Positions 29,627 through 39,302 of a stretch of 64,000 nt of DNA are shown one piece after another. Location of the stretch: the NCBI GenBank assembly GCA_029936815.1, contig JAPYRX010000007.1, positions 3,129 to 67,128 of the forward strand, given 5' to 3'. Position 1 is the first letter of the stretch; each line of letters starts with the position of its first letter. The notes below the pieces were generated by a model, which searched no databases, had not been told where the DNA came from, and worked only from the letters and a program-made list of their open reading frames with translations. The position numbers were made by a program, and so were the translations under genes. This DNA is from Dehalococcoidia bacterium. Lineage in GTDB: Bacteria > Chloroflexota > Dehalococcoidia > Lucifugimonadales > GCA-002694895.

Positions 29627-30355
29627 ATGACCACAAAAAAACAATTAAGAAAATGGGAAAGTATAAAATGTCCTGTTCATAGAAAATTGTCCTCTAATAC
29701 AGAAAATTATTTGTATGCAATGTTTTTACTAGATGAAAAACATGAAAAAATCACTGCCAGTACTCTTCTTGAATATATAAAACTCCTACCATCTTCTGAA
29801 AATTTGGGTACGAGCTTACCAACTGTTACAGGAATGTTGAAGCGAATGATAAGAGATCATCTTATTACTAAAAACAAAAATAATGAAATATTTCTAACAG
29901 AATACGGTAAAATTTCTGCTAAAGAACAAACGAAAAGATTTCGACTCGCTGGGAAATTCATACATGAAACTTTGAAAATAGAATTAAAAGATGTCTTTCA
30001 GGAAGCCCATAGATTAGAACATGCAATGTCTCAAGAAGTAGAAAATGCTATAGATAAATTACTTGAATACCCTGTAAAAGATCCATTTGGTCAGGATATT
30101 CCAGGATCACAAAAATTTAAGACAGAAAAAATAATACCACTTTCAGAAACATCCATAAATAAAACATATATAATATCTAAAATACCTCCAGAAAATTCAG
30201 AATTTGTTGATTTTTTACATAAAAATAATATAATTCCTGGCTCAAAAATAACCATAGAAGAAATATCTGATACGAGGGGAATTATTAATATTAAAGTAAA
30301 TAAAAAAACTTTAGATTTAGCACTCAATGTTGCTAAAACAATATGGGTCAAATGA
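29627..30355 (+). CDS. DtxR/MntR-family metal-dependent transcriptional regulator with FeoA/SH3-like C-terminal domain
   Basis: wHTH (LPTVTGMLKRM), metal/dimerisation region (EAHRLEHAMS), DPFGQDIP, and a C-terminal FeoA-like domain. Confidence 0.75.
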   Translation: MTTKKQLRKWESIKCPVHRKLSSNTENYLYAMFLLDEKHEKITASTLLEYIKLLPSSENLGTSLPTVTGMLKRMIRDHLITKNKNNEIFLTEYGKISAKEQTKRFRLAGKFIHETLKIELKDVFQEAHRLEHAMSQEVENAIDKLLEYPVKDPFGQDIPGSQKFKTEKIIPLSETSINKTYIISKIPPENSEFVDFLHKNNIIPGSKITIEEISDTRGIINIKVNKKTLDLALNVAKTIWVK

Positions 30356-30369
30356 TTTGCTAAAATCAG

Positions 30370-31519
30370 CTACTCAAACATTTCCCAACTAAATTTTCTC
30401 TTCTTGCCATTGAGTAAAACCCCTAAATATGTAGATCTAACTAAGTATTTATAACTTATATATGAAATTAATGTGGTTAATAAAATTGATAGCATTAATT
30501 TTAATTCAATTGAAAAATTAAATTTGAACATAAAAAAAGTAATAAAAGTAACTATCGAAAAATGAATTAGGTATATCCAATATGCACTATCTGCAAAGAT
30601 TCTGAATATTTTAGTAAAACTAATTAATTTGCATTCAAATAGACCTATAAAAAATAAGGAAAAAAACACAGAACAAAAATTATATTAAAATATATGGAAT
30701 CCAATAAACAGGGTGACTTTCAAAATCAAGTTTAATAATTTCTAAATTAATTAAAGTGTATAGTACAAAGAAAAAAATACTTGTAAGAGAATAATATTTC
30801 CAAGTCCTGACTATATTTTGTAGATTACGATTATTAAATATCTGATAGCCAAACATAAAATACATTCCTGAAAGAACAGGGTCAATATTAAACCAGGTCC
30901 TGTTTCTCCTAAACTGAAAATTGAAATAACAAAAATGAAAGGAATAGGGATTTTAGAATAAAATACAAATTTCAAGAAATAATGATTTATTTTAGAAAGT
31001 AGATTTATTAATTTATTAAGTTTAAAAAATATTAATAATTTACTAATAATTAAAAAATACAATTTTAGGATAGCTGAAAAAACAAGAAATATTAGTAAAT
31101 GCCAAAGAAACCATAAGTGATAAGGTATCCTTCAAAAGAATAAAAGAATTCTAATTTTTGAGTATATCCAAATTTCACGATCCAAGGAACAGTTGTCATC
31201 ATTAGCAGGCTAAAAATAATCAAAGGTAATAATATTCTTAAAATTCTATTTTCCCACCAATAAGTCAAACCGTTACGCGATATTAATAAATGAGAAAAAA
31301 ACCCAGATAAAATGAAAAAACAGGTATTCTCCATAATTGAATAAATTGAACTATTATAGATGTAATTTCTGAATCTGATTTGTCAGAAGGTCAATCCGGA
31401 ATATCCATGTTAACATAAGGTAATGCTGCATGCAGAACTATACCTAGTAGCATAGCAATTGCTCTCAATGCATCTAATCCATAAAATCTTTTATCGTTGT
31501 TAGCCCCAAGTTTGTTTAT
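30370..31519 (-). pseudogene. Multiply disrupted acyltransferase family 3 membrane protein gene
   Basis: Five pieces in different frames (end coordinates mod 3 = 1, 2, 0, 1, 0). In-frame TGA at 31391..31393. A one-T deficit in a T6 run breaks LWRIPVFFILSGFF. No canonical start codon before the conserved N-terminus (RFYGLDALRAIAMLLG). The C-terminal piece has SAYWIYLIH. Confidence 0.6.
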
Positions 31520-31594
31520 TTAGCAATCACATGGGTCGCAAGCGCAATTAACACATTTGCAGTTAGGGTTATTACAAGGTTTGTTATCAACCAT
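31520..31594 (-). CDS. Cys-rich 24-aa micro-ORF (candidate metal-binding peptide)
   Basis: My own translation gives MVDNKPCNNPNCKCVNCACDPCDC, with 7 Cys in 24 residues. The ATG lies 2 nt after the actE TGA, and AAGGA sits 6 nt upstream of the ATG. Locally G+C-enriched. Confidence 0.4.
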   Translation of the reverse strand: MVDNKPCNNPNCKCVNCACDPCDC

Positions 31595-31596
31595 TG

Positions 31597-32274
31597 TCAT
31601 TCCTTTTGAACAGAACGTAAATATGAGACTAGTGCCCATCTTTCTTGTTCTGTTAATATCGAATCGTAAGGAAGCATCCCTGATTTAATTTCTAAACCTT
31701 GTTCGTATTGAGCAAGACCAGTTCTAGATCCTTTAGATATAAATGCAAAAAGCTCTCCATCCGAAGAGTTCGAAGTTTTTTCTGAAAGTAAATTGGCAGG
31801 ATACGCGCCTTTATTAATTACTTTACCTTCAACAGTTTTTATATTCACATAGTCTCGATATGCTCCATTCCCATCTAAATTAGAGCCATGACAAAATATA
31901 CAATTTTCGGCGTATAATTTATTACCAAGAGTTAATTGATTATCAACATCATAATTAACAGGTATTTGTAAAGCTTTATATTCCATTGTATTTCTAGTAA
32001 GCTCTTTACCGTTCATAGGAACAGCTTCAGAATGAGGCATTATTCGAGGAATTTCTTGGCTTTTATAGGATGGTTGGTAATGCATTTCAGTAAAAATCAA
32101 AATAGCATGGCTACCTGATCCGGGGATTGCAGGCAAATGAATTGTAGCTGTCTCACCTAAAATTTTAACTTCACCAGTTTTTATATTTGCTGTACATGAA
32201 ACTAACACTAATACTATAGCAAATGATAAAAATAAACTGATTTGTTTTATTAATATTTTGTTCAACATCATCAC
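31597..32274 (-). CDS. actE: Alternative complex III monohaem cytochrome c lipoprotein subunit ActE
   Basis: Lipobox LVSC and a single CIFCH haem motif. Last gene of the ACIII cluster. Confidence 0.75.
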   Translation of the reverse strand: MMMLNKILIKQISLFLSFAIVLVLVSCTANIKTGEVKILGETATIHLPAIPGSGSHAILIFTEMHYQPSYKSQEIPRIMPHSEAVPMNGKELTRNTMEYKALQIPVNYDVDNQLTLGNKLYAENCIFCHGSNLDGNGAYRDYVNIKTVEGKVINKGAYPANLLSEKTSNSSDGELFAFISKGSRTGLAQYEQGLEIKSGMLPYDSILTEQERWALVSYLRSVQKE

Positions 32275-32279
32275 TCTTT

Positions 32280-32843
32280 TTAACCCCTTTTAGTTGACTT
32301 TGCTCCAGATTTTTTAAGTATTCGTTCTTCTTCCCAACCCCTCTTGGTTGACTCTGCTCCAGATTTTTTAAGTATTTCTTCTGCTTTTGATATTCTGTCA
32401 ATGGGCACTGTAACAACAACTCCAATATATCCTTCTGTCATAATTCGTTCGTCATAAGCTCCCATAAAAATCTTTGGTAATCTAGATTCGAACAAAGCTC
32501 CAAATACTGTCACAATAACAGAAAATAAAAGCGTCATTTCATAAAATATAACTAACATAGGAGGAATTGATAAAACAGGTTTCCCTCCAGTGACCAGTGG
32601 GTAAGCTAATTGCGTTCCAACTGTAATTATCAAAGCTACAGTAAATCCTATAACTGCGCCAAAGATCGGAAATCTATGTAATCGAAGTTTTGGATGAGCT
32701 TCACCAAATGTTCCATGAGGATATGGTGTTCCAGTCATAACTTCAAACTCATTGTCTTGATACTTCGCTTTTCTCAAAGAAGACAAGGCATCTCCTGCTT
32801 CATTTTCGTCTATAAATAATCCTAAAACACTTTTATTAGCCAT
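32280..32843 (-). CDS. actD: Alternative complex III subunit ActD (DUF3341-like)
   Basis: 187 aa. N-terminal soluble domain (VLGLFIDENEAGDALSSLRKA) followed by TM helices. Positioned between an NrfD-like gene and actE. Confidence 0.7.
   Translation of the reverse strand: MANKSVLGLFIDENEAGDALSSLRKAKYQDNEFEVMTGTPYPHGTFGEAHPKLRLHRFPIFGAVIGFTVALIITVGTQLAYPLVTGGKPVLSIPPMLVIFYEMTLLFSVIVTVFGALFESRLPKIFMGAYDERIMTEGYIGVVVTVPIDRISKAEEILKKSGAESTKRGWEEERILKKSGAKSTKRG
32283..32376 (-). repeat. 54-bp-period tandem duplication at the 3' end of actD
   Basis: 32283..32322 and 32337..32376 are near-identical 40-mers. They encode ILKKSGA(E/K)STKRG twice. Confidence 0.8.
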
Positions 32844-32846
32844 TGT

Positions 32847-34241
32847 TTACTCCCTTACAACTGCTGAGATATTCTTTTTTCCAATTTTTATTACATGCCT
32901 AAATCTCATACCTTCTTTTATATCAAAAGGAGGTATCAAAGGAAAGATTCTAGCAAAAACAATAATTCCACATATAACAAACGCAAATGTAAATGCTACT
33001 AATCCAATTTCAACTAAACTAGGGGCATATGAACCCCAATTAAAGCTCAATTCAGTTCTTCTAGATAATCCCGGTACAATAATTAAAAATCTCTCTAACC
33101 ACATACCAATGTTAACTAGTATAGTTGTAAAGAACATCCACATTGGATTCCTTCTTACACTTTTAAATAGCCATGCACTTACTGGAATAAAAAATCCGGT
33201 AAGTAAAAATACAATAAACAAATAACTCCACGGAGGTTGAGACACTTGCATATTTCTTAATGCAATTTCTGGATCTTCTAATGGATATAACGCATATATC
33301 CATTCTAAAAATAAGGCGAAAAACCAAATTGTCGCTACAACAACCAATAATCTTCCTATAGCATCGAAATGATCAGGTTTGATATATTTGTCTAATTTAT
33401 ATAACCATAGTAATCCTGCCATCAAAGTCACAACTCCCGATACTCCAGAATGAATTGCCCCAATTATAAAATATGGAGCAAATATAGTTGAATGCCAACC
33501 TTCAACAGCAATTGAAACGGCAAAGTCCCATGAAACGATACTATGAACAGAAACAAATATAGGCAAAACTAATGCAGACAACAATATTGGAGCAGTAGCT
33601 TGAACTTTCCATTGCCTTGGGGTGCCTCTAAATCCTAAAGCAAGTATGCTATAAACAATTTTAGCAGGGCCAGATTTTACTTTATCTCTTACTAAAGCAA
33701 TGTCAGGAATTAGACATGTATATACAAATAGAATTGTACTCAATAAATAGGTTCCCACTGCAACAGGATCCCATACGAATGGTGATCGTACATTAGGCCA
33801 AATTCCTCTAGCAAAATCAAAGCCAATAAATATAGGAGGAAGAGGTGTTATCCAATATATTCTCCATGGTCTACCTACGTGAAACAAAATATTACTTAAT
33901 GCTGCTATAAGTGAGAACAATGTTAAAACTTCAGCTGCTCTAGTAATAGGTCGTTTCCATTCTGCTTGAGTTAATCGTAATATTGCTGAGACCATAATTC
34001 CAGCATGGCTTATTCCTATCCAAAATACGAAATTAGTAATATAAGCTCCCCAGTACACTGGTCGTTGCACTCCTGTCACACCAAGCCCACTATATAATTC
34101 ATATATATAACCAGATATGCCTACAAGCATTATAAATCCTAATGATCCAACGAAAGACCAAAACCATCTAGCAGAACGTATTACAGGCGCTGTTAAGTCC
34201 TCTGTTATTTCACTATCTGATAACTGTTGATGCTCTTGCAT
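32847..34241 (-). CDS. actC: Alternative complex III NrfD-like membrane subunit (ActC by position)
   Basis: 464 aa polytopic NrfD/PsrC-like protein directly upstream of actD. Confidence 0.75.
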   Translation of the reverse strand: MQEHQQLSDSEITEDLTAPVIRSARWFWSFVGSLGFIMLVGISGYIYELYSGLGVTGVQRPVYWGAYITNFVFWIGISHAGIMVSAILRLTQAEWKRPITRAAEVLTLFSLIAALSNILFHVGRPWRIYWITPLPPIFIGFDFARGIWPNVRSPFVWDPVAVGTYLLSTILFVYTCLIPDIALVRDKVKSGPAKIVYSILALGFRGTPRQWKVQATAPILLSALVLPIFVSVHSIVSWDFAVSIAVEGWHSTIFAPYFIIGAIHSGVSGVVTLMAGLLWLYKLDKYIKPDHFDAIGRLLVVVATIWFFALFLEWIYALYPLEDPEIALRNMQVSQPPWSYLFIVFLLTGFFIPVSAWLFKSVRRNPMWMFFTTILVNIGMWLERFLIIVPGLSRRTELSFNWGSYAPSLVEIGLVAFTFAFVICGIIVFARIFPLIPPFDIKEGMRFRHVIKIGKKNISAVVRE

Positions 34242-34256
34242 TTATATAAACTCCAT

Positions 34257-35666
34257 CTAATAAGGTTTCCCTTCTACAAGTACTTCTGTTTTATAATATT
34301 TTTCATGACTTCCATATAATAAATATTCTCTGTTTTCCCATAAGCTTATAACAGGAACATATTTTGATATTATTAAAATAAAAAATAATGGCATAGAAAC
34401 AGCTCCAAAAATCACCATCAAATCAACCATGTTTGGGATAGCTATATCAGGTAAAGAAGCAAATCGGTGAGTCGCATCATCTATTGTTCGATCTAAAGAA
34501 TAAGCAGATCCATAATGCCTGAATCTATCTAAAAAGTTTCCGATTAAAACACTTAAGGCTATTATCGGAGGGCCGTAATAAGATTTTCTTATGCTATCTA
34601 AAGTTAGTGCAAAAAATGGAATAATACACACAAAGAAAAAAGTAAATAAAAATATTGGTAAATATTTTCCAAACATTAATAATTGCAGTACATCTCTTTC
34701 GTTGGGTTTTTTCCCATACCAAAGAACCATTAAGCTAGAAATGAAAAACCAAAACCATAATAAAGAAATCCCGAAAAGTAATTTTCCCAATCCCCATAAT
34801 TGATCAAGCCCAATAAAATTTTGATATCCTCCCCATTTCCACATAATAAATACGGCAATAGTTAATATTGCTACACCACCTTGTATTGCATTGTGTGAAA
34901 GCGTCACTGGATACAGAGAGTCAACCCATCCAGGTATCAATGCCATTAAGAAATCTGATGCAAAAAAATAATTTACAGTTAATAGAAGCATAAAGTAAAA
35001 AATACCTAAAACACTCACCCTATCTCTTAGTGATCCCCATTGATGAGTAGATCCAACCCAACCATAGGCCAAGAAAGAATATATTTTACTTTTACCCTTG
35101 GATTTATCTCTTAATATTGCAAAATCAGGTCTGGCATTTAGCCATAATAAAGTTAAAGCAGTTAATACAAACCCAAGCAATGCTAAAGTTGACCATATGT
35201 GCGGAGAATAGGCAGGTACTTTACCTGGATCAAAAAACCATAATGTTTTTCTACCATCTTCCAAGCTAGGGAGTACCCAAAGTATTGGCGTGAAAAATAT
35301 TAATCCAGCTATACCAGATATACAAAATATTTCTGACATTCGAGATATGGGCCTTCTCCAATTACCTCTTGCTACTTTTGTAGCCATAGATACCATTGGG
35401 GCTCCCATAAAGGTTGTAAATATAAACATGCAAGCTGTTACATAATATGACCAGGCACTCATGTCATCAAAGCCATTCATAATTCTTAGAATTATTCCTA
35501 TGATTCCAAAAACAGATAAAAATGCAGTAATATAAAGAAATGAATTGAACGTATTACCTCGTTTCCTATTGTGAATATTGATTAATTCTTTATTAACAGG
35601 AACTTTTCCCAAAGATCTTTCAATGACTCTTTCTGTAAATATTAAATTGTTTTTTATTTTCTTCAT
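34257..35666 (-). CDS. actF: Second NrfD-like membrane subunit (ActF-like), placed between actB2 and actC
   Basis: 469 aa polytopic protein, paralogous in architecture to 32847..34241. Confidence 0.65.
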   Translation of the reverse strand: MKKIKNNLIFTERVIERSLGKVPVNKELINIHNRKRGNTFNSFLYITAFLSVFGIIGIILRIMNGFDDMSAWSYYVTACMFIFTTFMGAPMVSMATKVARGNWRRPISRMSEIFCISGIAGLIFFTPILWVLPSLEDGRKTLWFFDPGKVPAYSPHIWSTLALLGFVLTALTLLWLNARPDFAILRDKSKGKSKIYSFLAYGWVGSTHQWGSLRDRVSVLGIFYFMLLLTVNYFFASDFLMALIPGWVDSLYPVTLSHNAIQGGVAILTIAVFIMWKWGGYQNFIGLDQLWGLGKLLFGISLLWFWFFISSLMVLWYGKKPNERDVLQLLMFGKYLPIFLFTFFFVCIIPFFALTLDSIRKSYYGPPIIALSVLIGNFLDRFRHYGSAYSLDRTIDDATHRFASLPDIAIPNMVDLMVIFGAVSMPLFFILIISKYVPVISLWENREYLLYGSHEKYYKTEVLVEGKPY

Positions 35667-35672
35667 TTTTCT

Positions 35673-36407
35673 TTAATGTGAATGTGATTTTTTTGAATTA
35701 TCAACTTTTTTTAAGTAAAGAACGTTTGGAGAAGTACCATAATGTTCCATCAAATGGTATCCTCTTCCGTCTTTCTTTTCTTCTTTTGCCTTAATCCTCG
35801 AAATCTTACTTTCAGGATTATTCATATCACCAAATATTAAAGCTTCTGTATTACAAGAATTTACGCATGCAGGATTAATTTCTCTTGCTCCATCTTCGAT
35901 TTCAAAACCATTTACTTTAGCATCTCGTTTTGTTCTTCTAATCTTCTGAACACAAAAGGTACATTTTTCCATAATACCTCTAGATCTGACGGTTACATCG
36001 GGGTTTAATTGATTCTTTAAAGAATCAGGCCATTCAGCTTCCCAAAAATTAAAAAATCTAACTTGGTAAGGGCAGTTGTTCGCACAAAATCTTGTACCAA
36101 TACATCTATTGTATACTTGAACATTCAAACCTTCATTATTGTGATATGAAGCATATACTGGACATACTGGTTCGCAAGGAGCTTCATCACAGTGTTGACA
36201 CATTATAGGAATAAATTTTGCTTTAACGTCAGGGAAAGATCCTTCCCAATATCGCTCAACTCTAATCCATTGAATAACTCTATTTTCATCATAGTCTGAT
36301 TTTTTTTGTAGAGGAATATTATTCTCAGATTGACAAGCAACAACACAAGCTTGACACCCATTACATTTGTCTAAATCTACTACCATTCCCCATTTTGATT
36401 GTTTCAT
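35673..36407 (-). CDS. actB: Alternative complex III iron-sulfur subunit (ActB2, 4Fe-4S ferredoxin-type)
   Basis: Several Cys clusters (CNGCQACVVAC, CQHCDEAPCEPVCP, CIGTRFCANNCP, CTFC). Confidence 0.85.
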   Translation of the reverse strand: MKQSKWGMVVDLDKCNGCQACVVACQSENNIPLQKKSDYDENRVIQWIRVERYWEGSFPDVKAKFIPIMCQHCDEAPCEPVCPVYASYHNNEGLNVQVYNRCIGTRFCANNCPYQVRFFNFWEAEWPDSLKNQLNPDVTVRSRGIMEKCTFCVQKIRRTKRDAKVNGFEIEDGAREINPACVNSCNTEALIFGDMNNPESKISRIKAKEEKKDGRGYHLMEHYGTSPNVLYLKKVDNSKKSHSH

Positions 36408-36422
36408 TTTAATTATCTCCTA

Positions 36423-38675
36423 TTAATGATGATCGCTATCATCTGAATCTGATGTTGTGATTTTGATTACATGGTTATGAGGATCTCTTTTCAATTCCTC
36501 GAATCTTCCTTCGAATTTAGGGATAGCGATATTATTACCAGTGTTTCGTATTTTTACTTTTGTTGCGGCCCACGCATGTGTACCAATATTATCATCTAAT
36601 TGCACATCTAAAATAGAATATACATTAGATCCCACATTTTTAGTATATGATCCTGATTCTTGACCGCCTCCTACAGGGACAGTTACAACTTCTGGAGAAA
36701 CAGAAGGATTGGGATATGCTGCTGCTTTAATGGATTCATTATTTGAATTACTTATTTCAATGATGTCCCCCTCTTTTATTTTCATCTTTTTTGCCAAATC
36801 ATAATTGATTTCAACCCAAGTTTCCCACGCTATCGTAGTTAAAGGGTCAGTCAATCCTTGTAACCATGGCGACTTCGCAAAGCTGCCATCTCCTACTTTA
36901 GTACGGAATGGAACTAAATGGAAAGAATCCTTACCAGATACATTACTGAATTTTAGAGTTTGAACTTTAGGCCAATTAGTGATATTCGATTGAACATTGT
37001 TATTAACTTTAGAATTAATATCCCACCATCCTCCTCTTGAAAGCACTCCATTCCAAAAAGATTTGAAATCAGCAGCTGTAATTGATCCTCTATTTAATTT
37101 CCATAACACTTGAGCATCTTCCATTAAAATATCTTTAATCTTTTTACCAGAGTATTTATTTTTTACTCCTATTTCATCTGATAGTTCGATAATAATATCA
37201 CTCAAATCTTTTGTACCAGAATACTTACCTTTATGACTAAATTGGCTTTTAACTACTGGTTGTTGGAATCCAACAACTTGATATCCTGGACCAATAGATG
37301 GAACATCATTCCCCCATGATTCAAATTGAGTATTCAAAGGTAATATAATATCAGCATATTTAGATGTGTCATCTACAAATGAGTTAAAAGAAACAATTAA
37401 TTCTAATTTACTTAATGCTGATTTAAAGTCCAAACTTGTGGGTAAGTAATAGTTAAGATCAATATCATTAATAAATAGAGAATTAACAGATCCAGATTTA
37501 ATATTACTCACTAAATCTAATGTTTTTTTATAATTACCTTCAAATCTAGATCCTCTCAAGTCATCTAATGGAGAGTCTGGGTTAATAATTATTCCACCTT
37601 CTTTATTAATATTCCCCATCAATACATTAAGAGCATATATAGCTTCTACGCTAGATGTTCCATTAGAATTTGCAGATGCTTCATCACCTCCGATAATTAA
37701 TGGGTGTTTTGCTTCCGATAATTTTTGTGCCAAATATTCGATTTTCTCTTCGCTCATTCCAGTAATAGTAGATACATTTTTAGGGGAGTATTGTTTCAAA
37801 TCTTGTATGTTTAATTTCTTAGCAAAATCAGTTTTAATCATATTTTTTGAAATAAGAACATATGCGATTGAGGAAGCAATCAAGCCTTGTGAACCTGGTT
37901 TGCAATATATCCACTCATCAGCATTTGTTGCCGTCAAAGACAATCTTGATTCAATTTGATACATTGTACCTCTTGGAGCATCTCTAAATTGCCCATAAAG
38001 TCTCCCAAACATAGCTTCTGAATGATTAGAATTAAACATATCCATTCCAAAATTTAGCAATAAATCTGAATGAGCTATGTCAAATTTTGGCATATTAGAA
38101 CTGCCTGTGATTTTTTGAAGTGCTGACAAAACATTAGAATCATCAAATGCAGTAAAAATTATCTCCTTATTTCCCATTTCACTAGCAAAAGCGCTTAATA
38201 CAGATCCGGTTCTACCTCTTAGTGGTTTGGAAACAATACTAGCTTTAGAGTTACCCAATCTGTCCAACTGAGAAGCTATTCTTTTATACGCGTCGGTCCA
38301 GCTTATTTCTTCCCATTTTTCAGCACCTCTGTTAGTGCCTTCTTTCCTAACTAACGGAGCCTGAATTCTGTCTGGGTGATAAAGCATCTGTAATTCTGCC
38401 TCACTAGAAATGCTATGAGACCCAGTATTAACAGGATAATCAGTATTGCCTTCAACTTTTTTAGCACGGCCTTCCATAATTCTAATAGCCAAGCCTTCTC
38501 CATTAGAACCCAAAGTTGCATACCAGTTATCTATACCTGTGACTTGATCTTCAGGAAGTTTATTTGGAGATTGAAAATACAATTCTTCTTCTGGCACTCC
38601 ACAAGCACTAAATATTACAGCGCCTGCTCCACCGCCTCCAATTAATTTTAAAAATTCTCTTCTAGTTATATTCAT
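36423..38675 (-). CDS. actB: Alternative complex III molybdopterin-oxidoreductase-like subunit (ActB1), Tat-exported
   Basis: Tat motif TRREFLK. Mo-bisPGD-fold-like 750-aa protein. The N-terminal FeS Cys motif is replaced (NWYATLGSNGEGLAIRIMEGRAKKVEGN), as expected for cofactor-less ActB1. Confidence 0.8.
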   Translation of the reverse strand: MNITRREFLKLIGGGGAGAVIFSACGVPEEELYFQSPNKLPEDQVTGIDNWYATLGSNGEGLAIRIMEGRAKKVEGNTDYPVNTGSHSISSEAELQMLYHPDRIQAPLVRKEGTNRGAEKWEEISWTDAYKRIASQLDRLGNSKASIVSKPLRGRTGSVLSAFASEMGNKEIIFTAFDDSNVLSALQKITGSSNMPKFDIAHSDLLLNFGMDMFNSNHSEAMFGRLYGQFRDAPRGTMYQIESRLSLTATNADEWIYCKPGSQGLIASSIAYVLISKNMIKTDFAKKLNIQDLKQYSPKNVSTITGMSEEKIEYLAQKLSEAKHPLIIGGDEASANSNGTSSVEAIYALNVLMGNINKEGGIIINPDSPLDDLRGSRFEGNYKKTLDLVSNIKSGSVNSLFINDIDLNYYLPTSLDFKSALSKLELIVSFNSFVDDTSKYADIILPLNTQFESWGNDVPSIGPGYQVVGFQQPVVKSQFSHKGKYSGTKDLSDIIIELSDEIGVKNKYSGKKIKDILMEDAQVLWKLNRGSITAADFKSFWNGVLSRGGWWDINSKVNNNVQSNITNWPKVQTLKFSNVSGKDSFHLVPFRTKVGDGSFAKSPWLQGLTDPLTTIAWETWVEINYDLAKKMKIKEGDIIEISNSNNESIKAAAYPNPSVSPEVVTVPVGGGQESGSYTKNVGSNVYSILDVQLDDNIGTHAWAATKVKIRNTGNNIAIPKFEGRFEELKRDPHNHVIKITTSDSDDSDHH

Positions 38676-38687
38676 AATTTATTAATC

Positions 38688-39284
38688 CTAATAATGACAA
38701 GTCGTACAGTCTGTAGATGCACCATTCGCTTTATGACAATCCACACACCATCCCATTTTCATAGGAGACACTTGTTTAACTTTGGTCATAGAAGCAACAT
38801 CGCCATGACAAGTTGAACAAACCTCACTTGCTTCGATGTTATTTTTTTCAGATAATTTCTTTATATGAGGTGGATGATAAAATTTCGCATGATCAGGTAG
38901 TCTATGCACTCTGACCCAATCAATAGGTTTTCCACCTTCGTAAGTATCTCTGATTTTTGCAATTTCACCTTTGTCATCACCAACAATTCTATGGCATGAC
39001 ATACAAAATTCTACGGGCGGTATAGCAGCCGCTGCTGCTCCTTCAGTACCAAATCTATGGCAATATGTGCATTTCATCCCTAGTTGCTTAACGTGCGGCG
39101 CATGTTTAAATGCTATTGGTTGATCAGGACCTTCGTCAAATCCAAATAAAGGTTGCGTCCACCAAGCAGATCCAACAAAAATTCCCACAACTATAATAAG
39201 TACTGTAGTGATAAATCCACCAATACCAGAAATTATTAAAAATTTCTTACTTATTTTTGGTACTCTATAATCACCTGGAATCAA
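38688..39284 (-). CDS. actA: Alternative complex III pentahaem cytochrome c subunit ActA
   Basis: N-terminal TM anchor and five CxxCH motifs (CTYCH, CMSCH, CSTCH, CVDCH, CTTCH). TTG start preceded by GAGGAAAG. Confidence 0.85.
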   Translation of the reverse strand: MIPGDYRVPKISKKFLIISGIGGFITTVLIIVVGIFVGSAWWTQPLFGFDEGPDQPIAFKHAPHVKQLGMKCTYCHRFGTEGAAAAAIPPVEFCMSCHRIVGDDKGEIAKIRDTYEGGKPIDWVRVHRLPDHAKFYHPPHIKKLSEKNNIEASEVCSTCHGDVASMTKVKQVSPMKMGWCVDCHKANGASTDCTTCHY

Positions 39285-39302
39285 ATTCTTTCCTCTATCA
39301 TA

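Noticed and set aside
30680-31334. ORF-track entries 31092..31334, 30811..31062, 30680..30865 and 30370..30669 as four separate small membrane-protein genes.
   Set aside because: Together they reconstitute one acyltransferase-3 protein in shifting frames, so they are reported as a single pseudogene.
31391-31393. The in-frame TGA in the acyltransferase fragment sits where homologues often have Trp, which suggested TGA=Trp (code 4) or another recoding.
   Set aside because: groEL ends at a TGA right after its canonical Gly/Met tail, actE and rpmJ also stop at TGA, and 1000+ codon ORFs (dnaE, the cbbO-like gene) are intact under the standard code. The same gene also has several frameshifts, so ordinary pseudogenisation explains it.
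31520-31599. Read-through of the actE TGA would append a hydrophobic tail (QWLITNLVITLTANVLIALATHVIAK), a possible C-terminal TM anchor.
   Set aside because: ActE already ends at a typical cytochrome c C-terminus and has an N-terminal lipobox anchor, and TGA acts as a stop elsewhere. It is kept only as an alternative to the Cys-rich micro-ORF reading of the same DNA.
32171-32425. 84-aa ORF spanning the actD/actE junction with its own internal repeat (KNLEQSQ...).
   Set aside because: It is the alternative-frame reading of the 54-bp tandem duplication and overlaps two well-supported ACIII genes.
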